Below are positions 46,231 through 58,768 of a stretch of 64,000 nucleotides of DNA, piece after piece. The stretch's first letter is position 1. Every line of letters begins with the position of its first letter. The notes under the pieces were generated by a model, which worked only from the letters and a program-made list of their open reading frames with translations, was not told the origin of the DNA and did not search any database. Made by a program: the position numbers and the translations under genes. Origin of the DNA: the human T2T-CHM13v2.0 reference genome, Homo sapiens; assembly GCF_009914755.1 (NCBI RefSeq), contig NC_060942.1; one strand, given 5' to 3'.

Positions 46231-47989
46231 CTCTTTTTAATTTTTCCTTGTGATATTTAGGAAAGTTTGTATTTTTGTTCTAGACATTATTTTTATACAA
46301 TATTATGACCTAATGGCCTCACGGTACTCTTTTATTTACTTAGGCTTTTATCATTTTTAAGTGATGTCTTTTGACACCCATCTACTGCCTGAGTAATAAT
46401 CAACAGATTTATATTCTACCTTCTAATTTCTTTCTAGCATTTCCTCTCACTTTATTGTCATTTTTTTTTTTACTTTGGCAGCCCATATAAAACATAGAAC
46501 ATTTATATATTACTTTCCTACTCTTATTCACATGTTTGCTTTAGTCTTAGAGCTATAATAAAATATATTTGTGCTGTCAGTCTTTTGCTAAAGTTTCTTC
46601 TTCAATCTTTTTTTTTTTTTTTTTTTTGGTTACTGGATGAAGCTCATCCTCTGGTAGATTTCTCAAGAAGGGCTAACAAGTACAATATTCTCTAAGTTCT
46701 TGACTGTTTAACATAGTTTCTTTATGGTCTTGAAAGACCATTCATGAAAGAATACTTTTTGGCATATAAAATTCTTGGTTTGGACTTGGAATCTCTTTAT
46801 TGTTCCACTGGTCTGTATGTTGTTCTCAAGAAGTCTGATGTTAACTTGCTTTCTTTACTTTATATTGACTTGATTCTCTCTCATTCTCTTTCTCTCTTCT
46901 CTTTCCCTCTTTTTCTCTTCTCTGCAGATGTTAAGACTGATTTTCCAGAATATGTCTTAGACTTTATCATTCAGGGTCAATTTTCCTAGTTACATTGTAG
47001 GCCATTTCAATGTACAGATTTGGGATTTATTTTATTTTTGAACTGTTTTCTTGGATTATAGCTGTAAATATCATTTCTACTCCACTGTTTTATTTCTGTA
47101 CTTCAGAGACTATGGTTACACATATTTTAGATTTCTTTGCCTGTCTTTATTTCATTCTTTTATGCTTTTACTCTCTTTATTTTGTTTTTGTTCTCTAGGC
47201 TATTTTTATTTCTCTTCTCTATATTCTTTATTGTACTTTCTCCTGTAGGCAACTGGTAGTCTAGGCCCATTTCTGAGATGATTTTGTTATTTCCATCATT
47301 TCTATTTAATTCAGACATAGCTCATTACAGTACTTTCTTTCTGTGGTTATTTTGTTATTCATATATATTCTGAGTTTTTTAAATTATGACTTGAAGCATT
47401 CTTCATATTCGCAATCTCTTTCCAAACAATATTTAGTTCATAAGCTAGTGTTACACTACAGCTTTATTCTCCCTCATGATTGATTTCTTGGGTAGTATCT
47501 CCATGGCTAAAAGTTTTAATTTTCACCGTTTTCTTTGTATAGTAATTTTACATATTTGTTTGGTACTTTTTCTTGTTCATACTGAAATGTGCAGGATTTT
47601 TGGACTGAAAAGGACAGGCAACTTTATGAAGGTGAGTCGGGGGCCATACTCTGTTTTCTTGGTGAAAGAGTGCCCTCTTCTGTCGGTACAGTGAAGTGCA
47701 GTTTTAAAATGGTGTCTTACTGCTAGGCTTGTTCATCTGAGTTTTGTGCAGAGAGATTTGAAAGTAGGTGTCCTCCATTATACTGAAGAATAGTTCCATC
47801 AGGGGAATAAATATTGGTAAAAAGAGGCCAAACCATTATGCAGAGGTTTTATGGTCATCTTTCTAGAAAATCTAAGCGAATAAGCTTATAATTTACCATA
47901 AAAGAATGTTCTTCAAGATGGTTTGCTAGATATCCAAATTTTTTTTTCTTATACACCAGTAATAACTATTCACCAACACAATGCCTTAT

Positions 47990-48200
47990 TCAATTCATAG
48001 CACTTAATTTTATTTGAGATTATCTTGTTTTTGTTTATTTATTGTTTGTATCACCCCCAAAGCATGTGAATTTAATGAGAGACTGGACCTTTTACATCTA
48101 CATCTTATTCATTGCTTTACCTCAGTACCTAAAGCAATATCTGGCAAATAGTGGATGCTCAGGAAATACTTGTTGATTGACTGACTGAATGAATGAATGG
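47990..48200 (+). mobile_element. L2 3' end
   Basis: atgctcaggaaatacttgttgattgactgactgaatgaatgaatg terminus. Confidence 0.75.
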
Positions 48201-49116
48201 AAAACCCAAAGACTGTATTCACAAGAATATCAAAATGATAAAATATCTATAAATAAATTGAACAAATTTATTTTTCTTGTGATGAATAACACAAATATGG
48301 AAACATTAAAATGTATACATATAGCTCAATAAATTATCACAAAGTGAGCAACCATGGAGCCACCACCCAGATTAAAAAAATAGAACATTACCATTGCTCT
48401 AAAATTCCCCCTACATCCCTTTTTAATTATTACTTTCTACCTCCTCTTCAATATGTAACAAATATGCTAACTTGCAGCACTATACAGTTGACCCTCAAGC
48501 AACATGGGTTTGAGCTGCATGGATCTGCTTGTACTCAGAGTTTTCTCAATAAATATACTGGAAAATATTTTGGAGATTTGGGACAATTTGAAAAAACTTG
48601 CAGGTTTTTCAAATCACAGATTTTTCAAATTGCTGTGCAGTCTAGAAATACCAAAAATATTAAGAAAAAGTTAGGTATGTAACGAAGGCATAAAGTATAT
48701 GTAGGTACTAGCCTATTTTATCATTTACTCCCATAACATATGTACAAATCTATTATAAAAAATTAAAATGTATCAAAACTTGTGCACACGAACACTTACA
48801 GATGGTCATACTTGGTGCTACTTGCAGTTAAAAGAAACAGGAACAAAAGTCAAGATGCAATGTTAAGTCATAATTGCATAAATTAACTGTAGTACATAGT
48901 GTATTACTGTAATAATTTTGTAGCCAACTCCTATTGCTATTACAGTGAGCTCAAGTGTTGCAAGTATCTGTTTGAAGCACAGTGTGAAGACAATGATCTC
49001 TGCCTGAGCAGCTCATCTGTCCAGTAAGTTGTGTATGACAATAAAAAGTGATCTCTCACAGTTCTTGTGTATTTTTCATCATGTTTAGTGCAATACCATA
49101 CAGCTTGAATAACATC

Positions 49117-50920
49117 ATGGGACCTGTACGAAGTGCCACCAGTGATGCTGAAAGTGTGCCCAAGAAACAGAGAAAAGCAATAACATTACAAGAAAAAGTT
49201 GAATTCCTTGATATCTACCATAGATTGAGGTCTGCAGTTGCATTTTCCCACCGTTTCAAGATAAATGAACCCAGTATCAGGACCATTGTAAAAAAAGAAA
49301 AGGAAATGCGTAAAGCTGTCTTTGCAGCTACACCAGCAGATATGAAAACTTTACACTTTTTGAGAAACACGTTTTCATTTTATATTGAAAATGCAGCTTT
49401 TATATGGGGGCAGAATTACTATAAGAAAGGCACACTTATAGACTCTAATATGATTAGAGAAAAACCGAAGTCATTGTATGACAACTTAAAGCAAGAGGAA
49501 GGTGCAAGATCTAAAGCTGGAGAATTTAATGTCAGTAAAGGATGATTTGATTATTTCAGAAAAAGATTTGGCTTAAAAATGTCAAGATAACATTTTTTAT
49601 GACCAAGAGGCAGCAAATTCCCAGTTGCCATTAAGAAAATAATTGAGGAGAAAGGATATCTACTTGACCATGTTTTTGAAGCATATCAAAGTGTCCTATT
49701 CTGGAAAAAAAGGCCGTAAATGACATGTATTAGTAAGAAAGAGAAGCAGGCATCAGTGCTTAAGGCAGGAAGGGATAAGCTAATGCTACTGTTTTGTACA
49801 AATACAGTTGGGTTTATAAGATAGCACTAACCCCCAACACTTGAAGGGAAAAGACAAATACCAGCTGCCAGTCTTTCGGTTGTACAAAAAGAAGGCCTGG
49901 AATATGAGAATTCTTTTTCTGGATTGATTCATCAGTGCTTTGTCCCTGAAATCAGGAAGTGCTTTGCCAGAAAGGGACTGACTTTTAAAATTCTTTTGCT
50001 ATTGAACAATGCCCCTGGTCACCTAGAACCCCATTAGTTTAACATCGAAGACGTCGAAGTTGTCCCCTTGCCATGAAACACAGTATCTCTAATTCAGCCT
50101 CTAAATGATTACACACAGTACTCCATGGAAAGTATTGCCAACGCTGTAGAAAAGAACCCCAGTAGAAAGAACACTCTGGAAATGTGGAAGGATTATACCA
50201 CTGAAGATGCCATCATTGTTATAGAAAAAGCCATGACAGCTGTCAAGCCTGAAACAATAAATTCCTGCTAGAGAAAACTGCATCCAGATGTTGTGCATGG
50301 GCCGGGTGCAGTGGCTCAAGCCTGTAATCCCAGCTCTCAGGGAGGCAAGAGGCAGGAGGATAGCTTGAGCCCAGGAGTTCGAGACCTGCCTGGGCAATAT
50401 AGAGAGACCCCGTTCTCCAGAAAAAGGAAGAAACAAATAAACACATGAACAAACAAACAAACAAAAAACAAAAGACAGATGTTGTGCATGACTTCAAGGG
50501 ATTTACGACAGAACCAATCAAGGAAACGACGAAAAAGATTGTGGATACGGCACACACACACACAAAAGGTAGGGGATGAAGGATTTCAAGATATGGATCT
50601 TGGGGAAATTCAAGAGTAAATAGATTCCACACTACAGGAATTAACAGAAGACAATTTTATGGTGATGAGTGCTTCTGAACCAGCTCCAGATGGTGAGAAA
50701 GAAGACATAAAAGAAGCAGTGCCAGAAAACAAATTGACATTAGACAATCTGGCAGAAAGTTTGTGAGTACTCAAGGTTGCTTTTAAATTCTTTTTTGACA
50801 TGGACCCTTTGACAACACAGGCACTGAAGCTAAAGCAAATTATGGAAGCAGGATTTGTACCATGTGGAAACATCTTTAGAGAAATGAAAAAGAAAAAAAA
50901 AGTCAGAAATGATGATGTAT
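49117..50920 (+). pseudogene. Disrupted Tigger transposase (HTH_psq/CENP-B N-terminus, DDE remnants)
   Basis: ORF MGPVRSATSDAESVPKKQRKAITLQEKV...INEPSIRTIVK stops at 49545; ILLLLNNAPGH-like remnant near 49990; further stops and frameshifts. Confidence 0.85.
50300..50475 (+). pseudogene. BC200 (BCYRN1) RNA retropseudogene
   Basis: BC200-diagnostic text CCCAGCTCTCAGGGAGGC, GGATAGCTTGAGCCC, GAGACCTGCCTGGGCAATATAG, CCCCGTTCTCCAGAAAAAGGAA; 15-bp TSD CAGATGTTGTGCATG at 50285 and 50476. Confidence 0.88.
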
Positions 50921-51450
50921 TTCTATAAAGTTGCACCAAGTCTATGCATCTGCTGCCTCCCATTCTGCCTTCTCCACCTCTTCTGCCTCTGCCACTCTTG
51001 AAACAGCCAGGCCAACCGCTCCTCTTTCTCCTCCGCCTCAGCTACTCAATGTGAAGATGACGGGAATGGACTTTATTGATGATCCACTTCCACTTAATGA
51101 ATAGTAAATATATTTTCTCTTTTTTTATTTTCTTAATAACATTACCTTTTCTCTAGCTTACTTTATTGTAAGAATATGGTATGTAATACATAGAACATAC
51201 AAAATATGATTTAATAGACTATGCTATTGGTAAGTTTTCTGTTCAACAGTAGGCTATCGGTAGTTAAGTTTTTGTGGAGTGAAAAATTATACGTTGGTAA
51301 TCTTTGTCTTTGATTGTAAACCAGGGGTGATTTTTTTGCCCTCTTCATGCTTCGTTTGTTTTCTACAAGTTTTATATATCATGAACATGTATTCTTGTAA
51401 TCAAGGACAAATATTTAATAGCTGTATTAAAATATTATTGTGAAGGGTAA

Positions 51451-51452
<2 letters not shown>

Positions 51453-51496
<44 letters not shown>

Positions 51497-51640
51497 GCTG
51501 GGCACGGTGATGCATGCACGTAGTCCCAGCTATTCAGGAAGCTGAGATGAAAGGATTGCTGGAAGCCAGGTGCCCAAATCCAGAATCTAACCTGGACAAC
51601 ATAGTGAGACCCCATCTCTAAAAAGAAAATTATAAAAATA
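51453..51640 (+). mobile_element. (CA)n microsatellite followed by a FAM/FLAM-like Alu monomer
   Basis: (ac)n at 51453-51494, then gctgggcacggtg...gtagtcccagcta...caacatagtgagaccccatctct and A-rich tail. Confidence 0.8.
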
Positions 51641-51713
51641 AAAAATTATACCTGGATTTTCAACTGTGAGGGGGGTTGGCATCGCTAACCCCGTGTTGTT
51701 TAGGGGTCAACTG

Positions 51714-52740
51714 AAGTTTAGTTTTGTCTGCTTTTGTACTTTATATAAAAAGAATCATACAGTGTGCATTCTTTTACATTTGGCTTCTTTTGTTCAAAAT
51801 ATTGTTTGAGATATTTATCTTTTTTTTTTTTTTTTTTTTGCCTGTAGCTTTAGTTCATTCATTGTCATTGCTGTGTAGGATTTCACTGTGTGAACATACC
51901 ATTATTTACGTGTTATGCTGTTAATGTACATTTGGGTTTCCAGTATTTGGCTATTATGAATGCTGCTATGGGCACATGTCTCTTGGTGCCCATGAGCACA
52001 CATTTATATTGGGTAAATATCTGGGGTGAAATTATTAGGTCATGGGGTGTATCTATATATATCCAACTTTGGATATATATGTATCTCCAACTTTGATAGT
52101 GTTTTTTGATTAATAAAAGCTTTTAAATTTTGTGTTGTCCAGTTTAATTTTTACTCTTACTGTAAATGCTTTTTTGTGTTTCAATTAGCTCTGTGATCCA
52201 TTTAGAATGGAAATCTGTATATGGTGTGACGTAGTAGTTAAGATTCCTTTCTCCCCCATGTAATTATCCAATGAACTGAACATAATTTATTGAAGAGACC
52301 ATTCTTTCTCCACTGCTCTGCAACAAGCTTGAACAAAATCAAGGTGCACACGAGCATCAGTATTTTTCTGGGCTTCTGTTCTGATCTATCCTTTGCCAAA
52401 AACCATTCTGACAATTAATAATAAACCTTGCTATCTGACAGAGCAGGTATTATCTCTTCCTCCTTCTCTTTCAACAGTGTCATGGCTGTTGTTAGCCCTT
52501 GGCTATTTCATATAAATTTGGAATCAGCTGGCCAATTTTTTGAAAAAATGAGCTTCCTGAGATTTTGATTGAGATTGCAGTGATTAATTTTGAGAAAATT
52601 GACATCCTTACAATATTGAGTCTTTTAAATCACAAATAAAATATACCCCTCTATTTACTCAGTCTTCTTAATTTCTCTAAATTATGTTTAATCTTTTTCT
52701 ATATGGAGTCTTAAACATCTTTCATATTTACTAGTTATGT
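51714..52740 (-). mobile_element. Old L1M fragment, continuing the element at 48260-48484
   Basis: ccagtatttggctattatgaa, tttattgaagagaccattc, gagaaaattgacatc motifs. Confidence 0.65.
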
Positions 52741-52851
52741 GATGCTTTTTTCATTATTTTAAAACAATTGACATAAAATTATATGTATTTATCACATACA
52801 AGGTGTTTTGAAGTATAGAACATTGCATAATGACCAAATCTAGCTAATTAA

Positions 52852-53173
<322 letters not shown>

Positions 53174-54005
53174 TCACATAGCTTTTTTATACTCTTTTAA
53201 ATAATATATTAAAAATGTTTCTAACTGTGTGTTGCTAGTATATTAAAAACACTTGAGTTTTTATATTGACCTTGTAGTCAGCAATCTTGCTAAACTCACT
53301 TTTTAATTCTCATAACATTTGCCTCAATTCCTCTGTGAATGATTCTATTTTTCTTTTTAAATTATCTTACCTTTTAAATAATTATCTAATTCATCAGTTA
53401 ATTAATTGCTTTATTGCACTTGTCAGGGTCTCTGGTTCAATTTTGAGTGGAAGCAGCGGCGGTGAACATGCTTGTTTTGTTTTTCATCACAAAGAGAAAA
53501 CTGGTTCTCTCTCTCCTTTGTCTCTCTCCCCGTGATTTCTTTCTATTAACTATTGAAGGACATGTAAGATGATCATACCGCTTGCTCATTATGTAAAGAT
53601 GAAAAATTTTCCCATTTAACATATTAATTCTAAAGAGTCCCGATCTAAACCCCAAAAGTGTTTTTCATAGGTCTTGATAAACTAATTAAAAATTTTATCT
53701 AAAGAGAATATATGCAAGGTTGCAAATAAATTTTTGGAAAGCAAAAATAATGAGGGCTTGGGCTAGATATCACAACACTTTTGTCATAGGTGAGGCACCC
53801 TAGAAGCAGAGCTAAAGACAGGGATTTTTCAGGTAATTTTTGGGAAAAGTGTGATGGGGAGCATGCTTGTTTGAAAGAAGCAGAACAAGGCAAGGGGAAA
53901 TGTTAATCATGTGGTTTCTGCTAAAGACTGGCTTCAGTCTAATCTTGTGGGGGAGGTCTGGAGGAGAAGTGGTACTATAAAGTTAGTCTTACTCAGGCAG
54001 CTGTC

Positions 54006-54319
54006 TTTTTTTTCTTTTTCTTTTTTTTTTTTTTTTGAGGTGGAGTTTCGCTCTTGCTGCCCAGGCTGGAGTGCAATGGCGTGATCTCAGCTCACTCCAA
54101 ACCCCACCTCCTGGGTTCCAGCGATTCTCTTGCCCCACCCTCCTGAGTAACTGGGATTACAGACATGTGCCACCACGCCCGGCTAATTTTTGTATTTTCA
54201 GTAGAGACAGGGTTTCACCATGTTGGTCAGGCTGGTCTTGAACTCTTGACCTTAGGTGATCCACCCGCCTTGCCTCCTTAAGTGCTGGGATTACAAACGT
54301 GAGCCACCGCGCCCAGCCA
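54006..54319 (-). mobile_element. Alu (AluSp/Sq-like)
   Basis: Antisense Alu; TSD gctgtcttttt. Confidence 0.95.
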
Positions 54320-56017
54320 GGGGCTGTCTTTTTATGCCCTTATGCCAGTGAGTCATGCCTGAGGTGTGCCCTGGCACGGGGGATGGAGTGGTACCTGGCT
54401 TCCCCCGTAGGCAGCTCTCTTTTAGCCGAGAAAAGGGCATCTGTGAATTATAAGGGAAAACAACAACTGGGTAACAGGCATGCTGGTAGGTTAAGGAAAT
54501 CTGGTGGGAACATCGGCAGCATCCACTACGAGATTACATGCTTGGAGAAGAAAAATATTACAAGTCAGTATCAGTAACAGACACACAGAAGTTGGAACAA
54601 AACTATGAGCTATGCAACAGGGTTGGGAACCTATCAATACTCTGCTTCAGGGGATAACTTTCTTCTCCTCACTTGTTAGCATAGAAATCATTTTTTAAAT
54701 GGTTCTTAATCATCAACATATATTCCACCTCTGGGGCAGTTTTGATCCTAGAAAGAAGAGATGGATAAAACAGAACAGGGAGGAGTCCTGTGATAAGAGG
54801 TTGGGAAGGCGTTGAAAATTAGGTTTAGAGAGAATAAGGATGAGAATCTGTCACCAGATGGAGGTGCTTGAGTGTTAAACAAGAGCAGTTCCTGGTGTGA
54901 GTGGGCCACTATAAAAGAGGGAAGGTGAAGGTCCGAGAAGTGAGAGGCGCTGGCAACAGGAATGGTGAAGTGGTACAGGGTGGCGGTAGCAGCTGGGGTG
55001 GACAGGAAGACCATATGCAGAGTCACGGAGGGACCTGTGGTTGGGGACAGAGCAGCACAGCGTGATGGTCTAAGTTTCCAAAGGGGAGCATTGAAGGTGA
55101 CTGAAGGAAGAAAGACTTGGAAGAAGAGGGAGTGCGAGGGAGAATAGGAATGGTGACTTTGCTTTCCCAAGATATGAGTGGCCGTTCCCAGAAAAGACTA
55201 TGGGATGTAGTAGTCCTCAGGACATGCCAGGTTTCCCGGTGAAAGCAGGTGGTAGAGCAAAAGCTTTAGCAAAAAGCAGAAGGCCTGTGGAAATGGCTGG
55301 GCAATAGAACAGGAAGTCTAGGGGCCACAGAGAAAGAAATAAGAAGATATAAATGGATAGGGATGTTAAAACATAAAGCATTATGGCCGACTCAGAGATT
55401 TTATGCCATTTTAAAAAACTAACATTTCCATTTCACTGGCATCCAGGGTTCACTAAGTGTTAATTCTTTCTAAACCTTACTCAATTTGCAAGATTCTCAG
55501 TGCCTATTAAAAAGCAAATCAACTAAATGTGGCTTTGAGTTTGCTTAAAGAGCAGCAATCAAAATATTTTGAAAAAAGTAAATTGTGAGTATGGAGATTG
55601 GAACACACATGACCCATATGCCCTTCGAGCCTGCGTATCTAGGGAGGTGTTCCTCTAGGCAGAAGGAAGAGCTAAGACACCCTTCTAGGAGCTGCTGCCC
55701 AGCAACGATGGCAAATCTCCACGCCCTTTACTGAAGATTAAAGCTAAGACTAATCCAAGCACAGTTTCTTTTAATGAACTGGTAGGGCCAGTAGAAATGC
55801 TCCAGGGTTGGCAGGAAAAACTGGAATCTGGGGGTGTAATTTCCTATTGAGTTTTTTTGGTAGTGTTGTTTTCCTGAAATCAGTGAGGATATTGAGTGCT
55901 TATGAATTATTGGCATTAGACACAGTACCTGGTACATAATAGACTTGATAAATGTTTATTGAATGAATTAAAATGAGATATTTTACAATTAATGGATGGA
56001 ATACTTGAGAATAATAG

Positions 56018-56074
56018 GTGTGTGTGTGTATGTGTGTGTGCGTGTGTGTGTGTGCGCATGCTCGCTTGTGTGTG
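56018..56074. repeat. Imperfect (GT)n microsatellite upstream of SERPINB13
   Basis: gtgtgtgtgtgtatgtgtgtgtgcgtgtgtgtgtgtgcgc. Confidence 0.9.
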
Positions 56075-56284
56075 GCTGCCTACCCAAACTTTTCTTGTTC
56101 TTTTTTCTTGTTCCTTTGTAGCAAGATAGTTTTCTTTCATTTTCTTCCTGGCATTTGGCACTCCTAAATAATGCAAATGCAAAAATAACTCTGTTACAGA
56201 GAATGACTTGTCAGGACACAGCTCTGTCCATCTGTGGTAAGTAAAGTATGCATTTAATGTATGTGTTCATCAGGCTATACACCT

Positions 56285-56456
56285 TTGGTTCCCAGCGTTG
56301 GCTGTACATTGTAATCACCTGCGGTGATAAAAATTCTGATGCCTGGTTTCCACTCGAGAGATGCTGACTCAGTTGGTCTGGGGTGGGGCTTGGGCATAGA
56401 TTTTTTTTTAAAGTTCCAAGGAGATTTTAAGGTGCACGCAAGGTGGAAAACCACTG
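56285..56456. mobile_element. MER5A-like hAT element in the SERPINB13 proximal promoter
   Basis: ttggctgtacattgtaatcacctg...ctgatgcctgg...ttggtctggggtggggc...aaccactg, matching the MER5A layout. Confidence 0.75.
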
Positions 56457-56476
56457 CTGAAGCAGATGTGGAGAAC

Positions 56477-56483
56477 TATAAAT
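56477..56483 (+). promoter_or_regulatory. SERPINB13: TATA box of SERPINB13
   Basis: TATAAAT ~80 bp upstream of a perfect donor GAG|GTAAGT. Confidence 0.7.
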
Positions 56484-56504
56484 TAAGGATCCCAGCTACT
56501 TAAT

Positions 56505-56560
56505 TGACTTATGCTTCCTAGTTCGTTGCCCAGCCACCACCGTCTCTCCAAAAACCCGAG
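56505..56560 (+). other. SERPINB13: SERPINB13 non-coding exon 1 (5' end approximate)
   Basis: Lies between the TATA box and donor GAG|GTAAGT at 56560/56561; the next acceptor at 57760 leads to the ATG. Confidence 0.75.
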
Positions 56561-57777
56561 GTAAGTTCTTATTTTGGCTCCAATTTAAGACCTCTGTATT
56601 TTGAGAACAATGATGTTTGTTGTTTGAAAGAATTACTTTTATTTTGCATAGACTTTCTGGAGGTAGTTTTATTTAATTCAGTTCCAACATGGCCATGACA
56701 ATGTATCTTCTTTGACAGTAAATTAATCCATTTTATTTCTGAGTTAACCTGTAAAGGATCTCTGCAAGGAAACCTGAGGTTGAAATGAAAGCTTTGATAT
56801 CAGATGTGGGATGCCTTAGCGGGGATGAGCCCTTGAGGGCAAAAGGCCCCAAAGTATGTGGGCTTTAAAAAACTTTATTTTTCATTAATCTTATTCTTGT
56901 TTTAGGATTCCTCCTAAAGCCTTTACTTACTAGTTTTAAAGTAGTTGGTAATGAAGCAAACATAAAAACAGTTCTACCTATTTATTTTTGGCAAATATTA
57001 ATTGCTCTTTAAAAACTATTTTTGTGAAATGACAAAAGTAATGCAAGCTCATGTACAAGCCTAAAACAATACAGAAAAGTATAAAAAAGAAAACCCTTTC
57101 ATCTCCACCTAATAATTCATGACCAGAGATATGTGGTTTCTGCTTCAGAAAAATTCAGCCCAGAGTCAAGTTTGTATGCAGTTAGGGAAAGGGGTTTAAG
57201 AGATTTAATCAATCCTGTCACTCTCTGGGCTGAATTTTGAATCAATTGAGAAATAGTATCAGATAAGGATTCAAGTCTCGGCTTAATTATTGCTAAGGTT
57301 GGATCTGAGAGCACTGCTTGAACTTGAGGCCCGTGGAGATTCTTGTGCCTACCCCCCTGCCTTATCATGGGCCCCACATCTGGACAAACTGGTGTCGCCT
57401 GGACAAGGGCTGGGTCTACCTGGGGAAGCTTCCATGAAGAGGAGGCTGTGGAGAGGCAGAGACAGGCAGGGTCAGACAGAGAGCAAGAGAATAAAGCCAT
57501 TAAAACATTAACCCTGCTCCGCGGGGAAATAAGAACTGAGCACCACCGGATGACGGAAGACTCCAGTAGATTGATGGATGTCTCCCAGCAAGAGAAGGCC
57601 AAGAGAGGACGTGAGAAGCAGGCAGCAGCGACCTTTCACCAAAAGGGTGGAAATCCCTGTATTCCGGATCGATGCAAGAAGAGGAATAGAAGCAGAAAGG
57701 ATTCCCCTGACACAGAGTAATTCAAATGTTCAGTTTTGATTGTTGTTCTTGCTATTCTAGGTCTCGCTAAAATCATC

Positions 57778-57942
57778 ATGGATTCACTTGGCGCCGTCAG
57801 CACTCGACTTGGGTTTGATCTTTTCAAAGAGCTGAAGAAAACAAATGATGGCAACATCTTCTTTTCCCCTGTGGGCATCTTGACTGCAATTGGCATGGTC
57901 CTCCTGGGGACCCGAGGAGCCACCGCTTCCCAGTTGGAGGAG
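57778..57942 (+). CDS. SERPINB13: SERPINB13 coding exon 1 (MDSLGAVSTRLGFDLF...SQLEE)
   Basis: Acceptor ttctag at 57760, NIFFSP motif, donor GAG|GTTGGG. Confidence 0.97.
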
Positions 57943-58304
57943 GTTGGGCGCAGTCAGGGGGCTTCCTTGTTTCCTATGCACAAATTCATTTGGTGGGGGG
58001 TTGTCAGCCCTCTTGCATTATCTTAAAAATACGCTCTTCTTGACCTGTGGACCAGGAAACAGAGACTTTCAAGACAAGGAGCAATTTCAGGTCTATCAGG
58101 AAAGCCCTCTTCCTTTTCCAAATACCATCTGGCCACCTGCTCCCAGATGCTTGAAATTTTTTTGAGTAGAGACTGGTTGCGTAACCTTGTCCAAGTACTT
58201 ATGGAAAAAGTGACATAATCCCCACAAGGGTAAAAATGACACATCCAAGATGAACACAGGAACACATAAGCCAATACGAGTTCCTTAGAAAAAAATTAGA
58301 GGTA

Positions 58305-58603
58305 TTTTTAGTAAAGAAGGGGATTCACCATGTTGGCCAGGCTAGTCTTGAACTCCTGACCTCAGGTGATCCACACGCCTTGGCCTCCCAAAGTGCTGGG
58401 ATTACAGGCATGAGCTTAGCTGGGTGTGGTGGCAGGTGCTTATAATCCCAGCTACTCGGAAGGCTGAGGCAGAAGAATCGCTTGAATCCAGGAACAGAGG
58501 TTTCAGTGAGCCAAGATCATGCCACTTCACTCCAACCTGGCCAAAAGAGCAAAACTCCATCACACACACACACACACACATACACACACACACACACACA
58601 CAC
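58305..58603. mobile_element. Alu with inverted left arm (5' inversion) and (CA)n tail
   Basis: Antisense left arm 58305-58415, sense right arm 58416-58560; TSD AAAAAT(T/C)AGAGGTA at 58291 and 58605. Confidence 0.88.
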
Positions 58604-58768
58604 GAAAAATCAGAGGTAAACGCAGACCTTTTTCTGATTTTGCAAGGAGATAATGTCACCTCATATACCACCGAGGTTTCTTTCAGAAGCGTCCACTCTC
58701 CCCTGACTGATTCTGTGTGAGGTTTTCTCTTCTCTGAGCACCACAGTAATATTTTCTATCTCTTCCAG

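Larger units (their letters stand above)
48485..51713 (+). mobile_element. Tigger2-like pogo/TcMar DNA transposon, near full length, inserted in an antisense L1M
   Basis: TIRs CAGTTGACCC...GGGTCAACTG, left TIR preceded by TA; contains a decayed CENP-B-like transposase. Confidence 0.9.
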
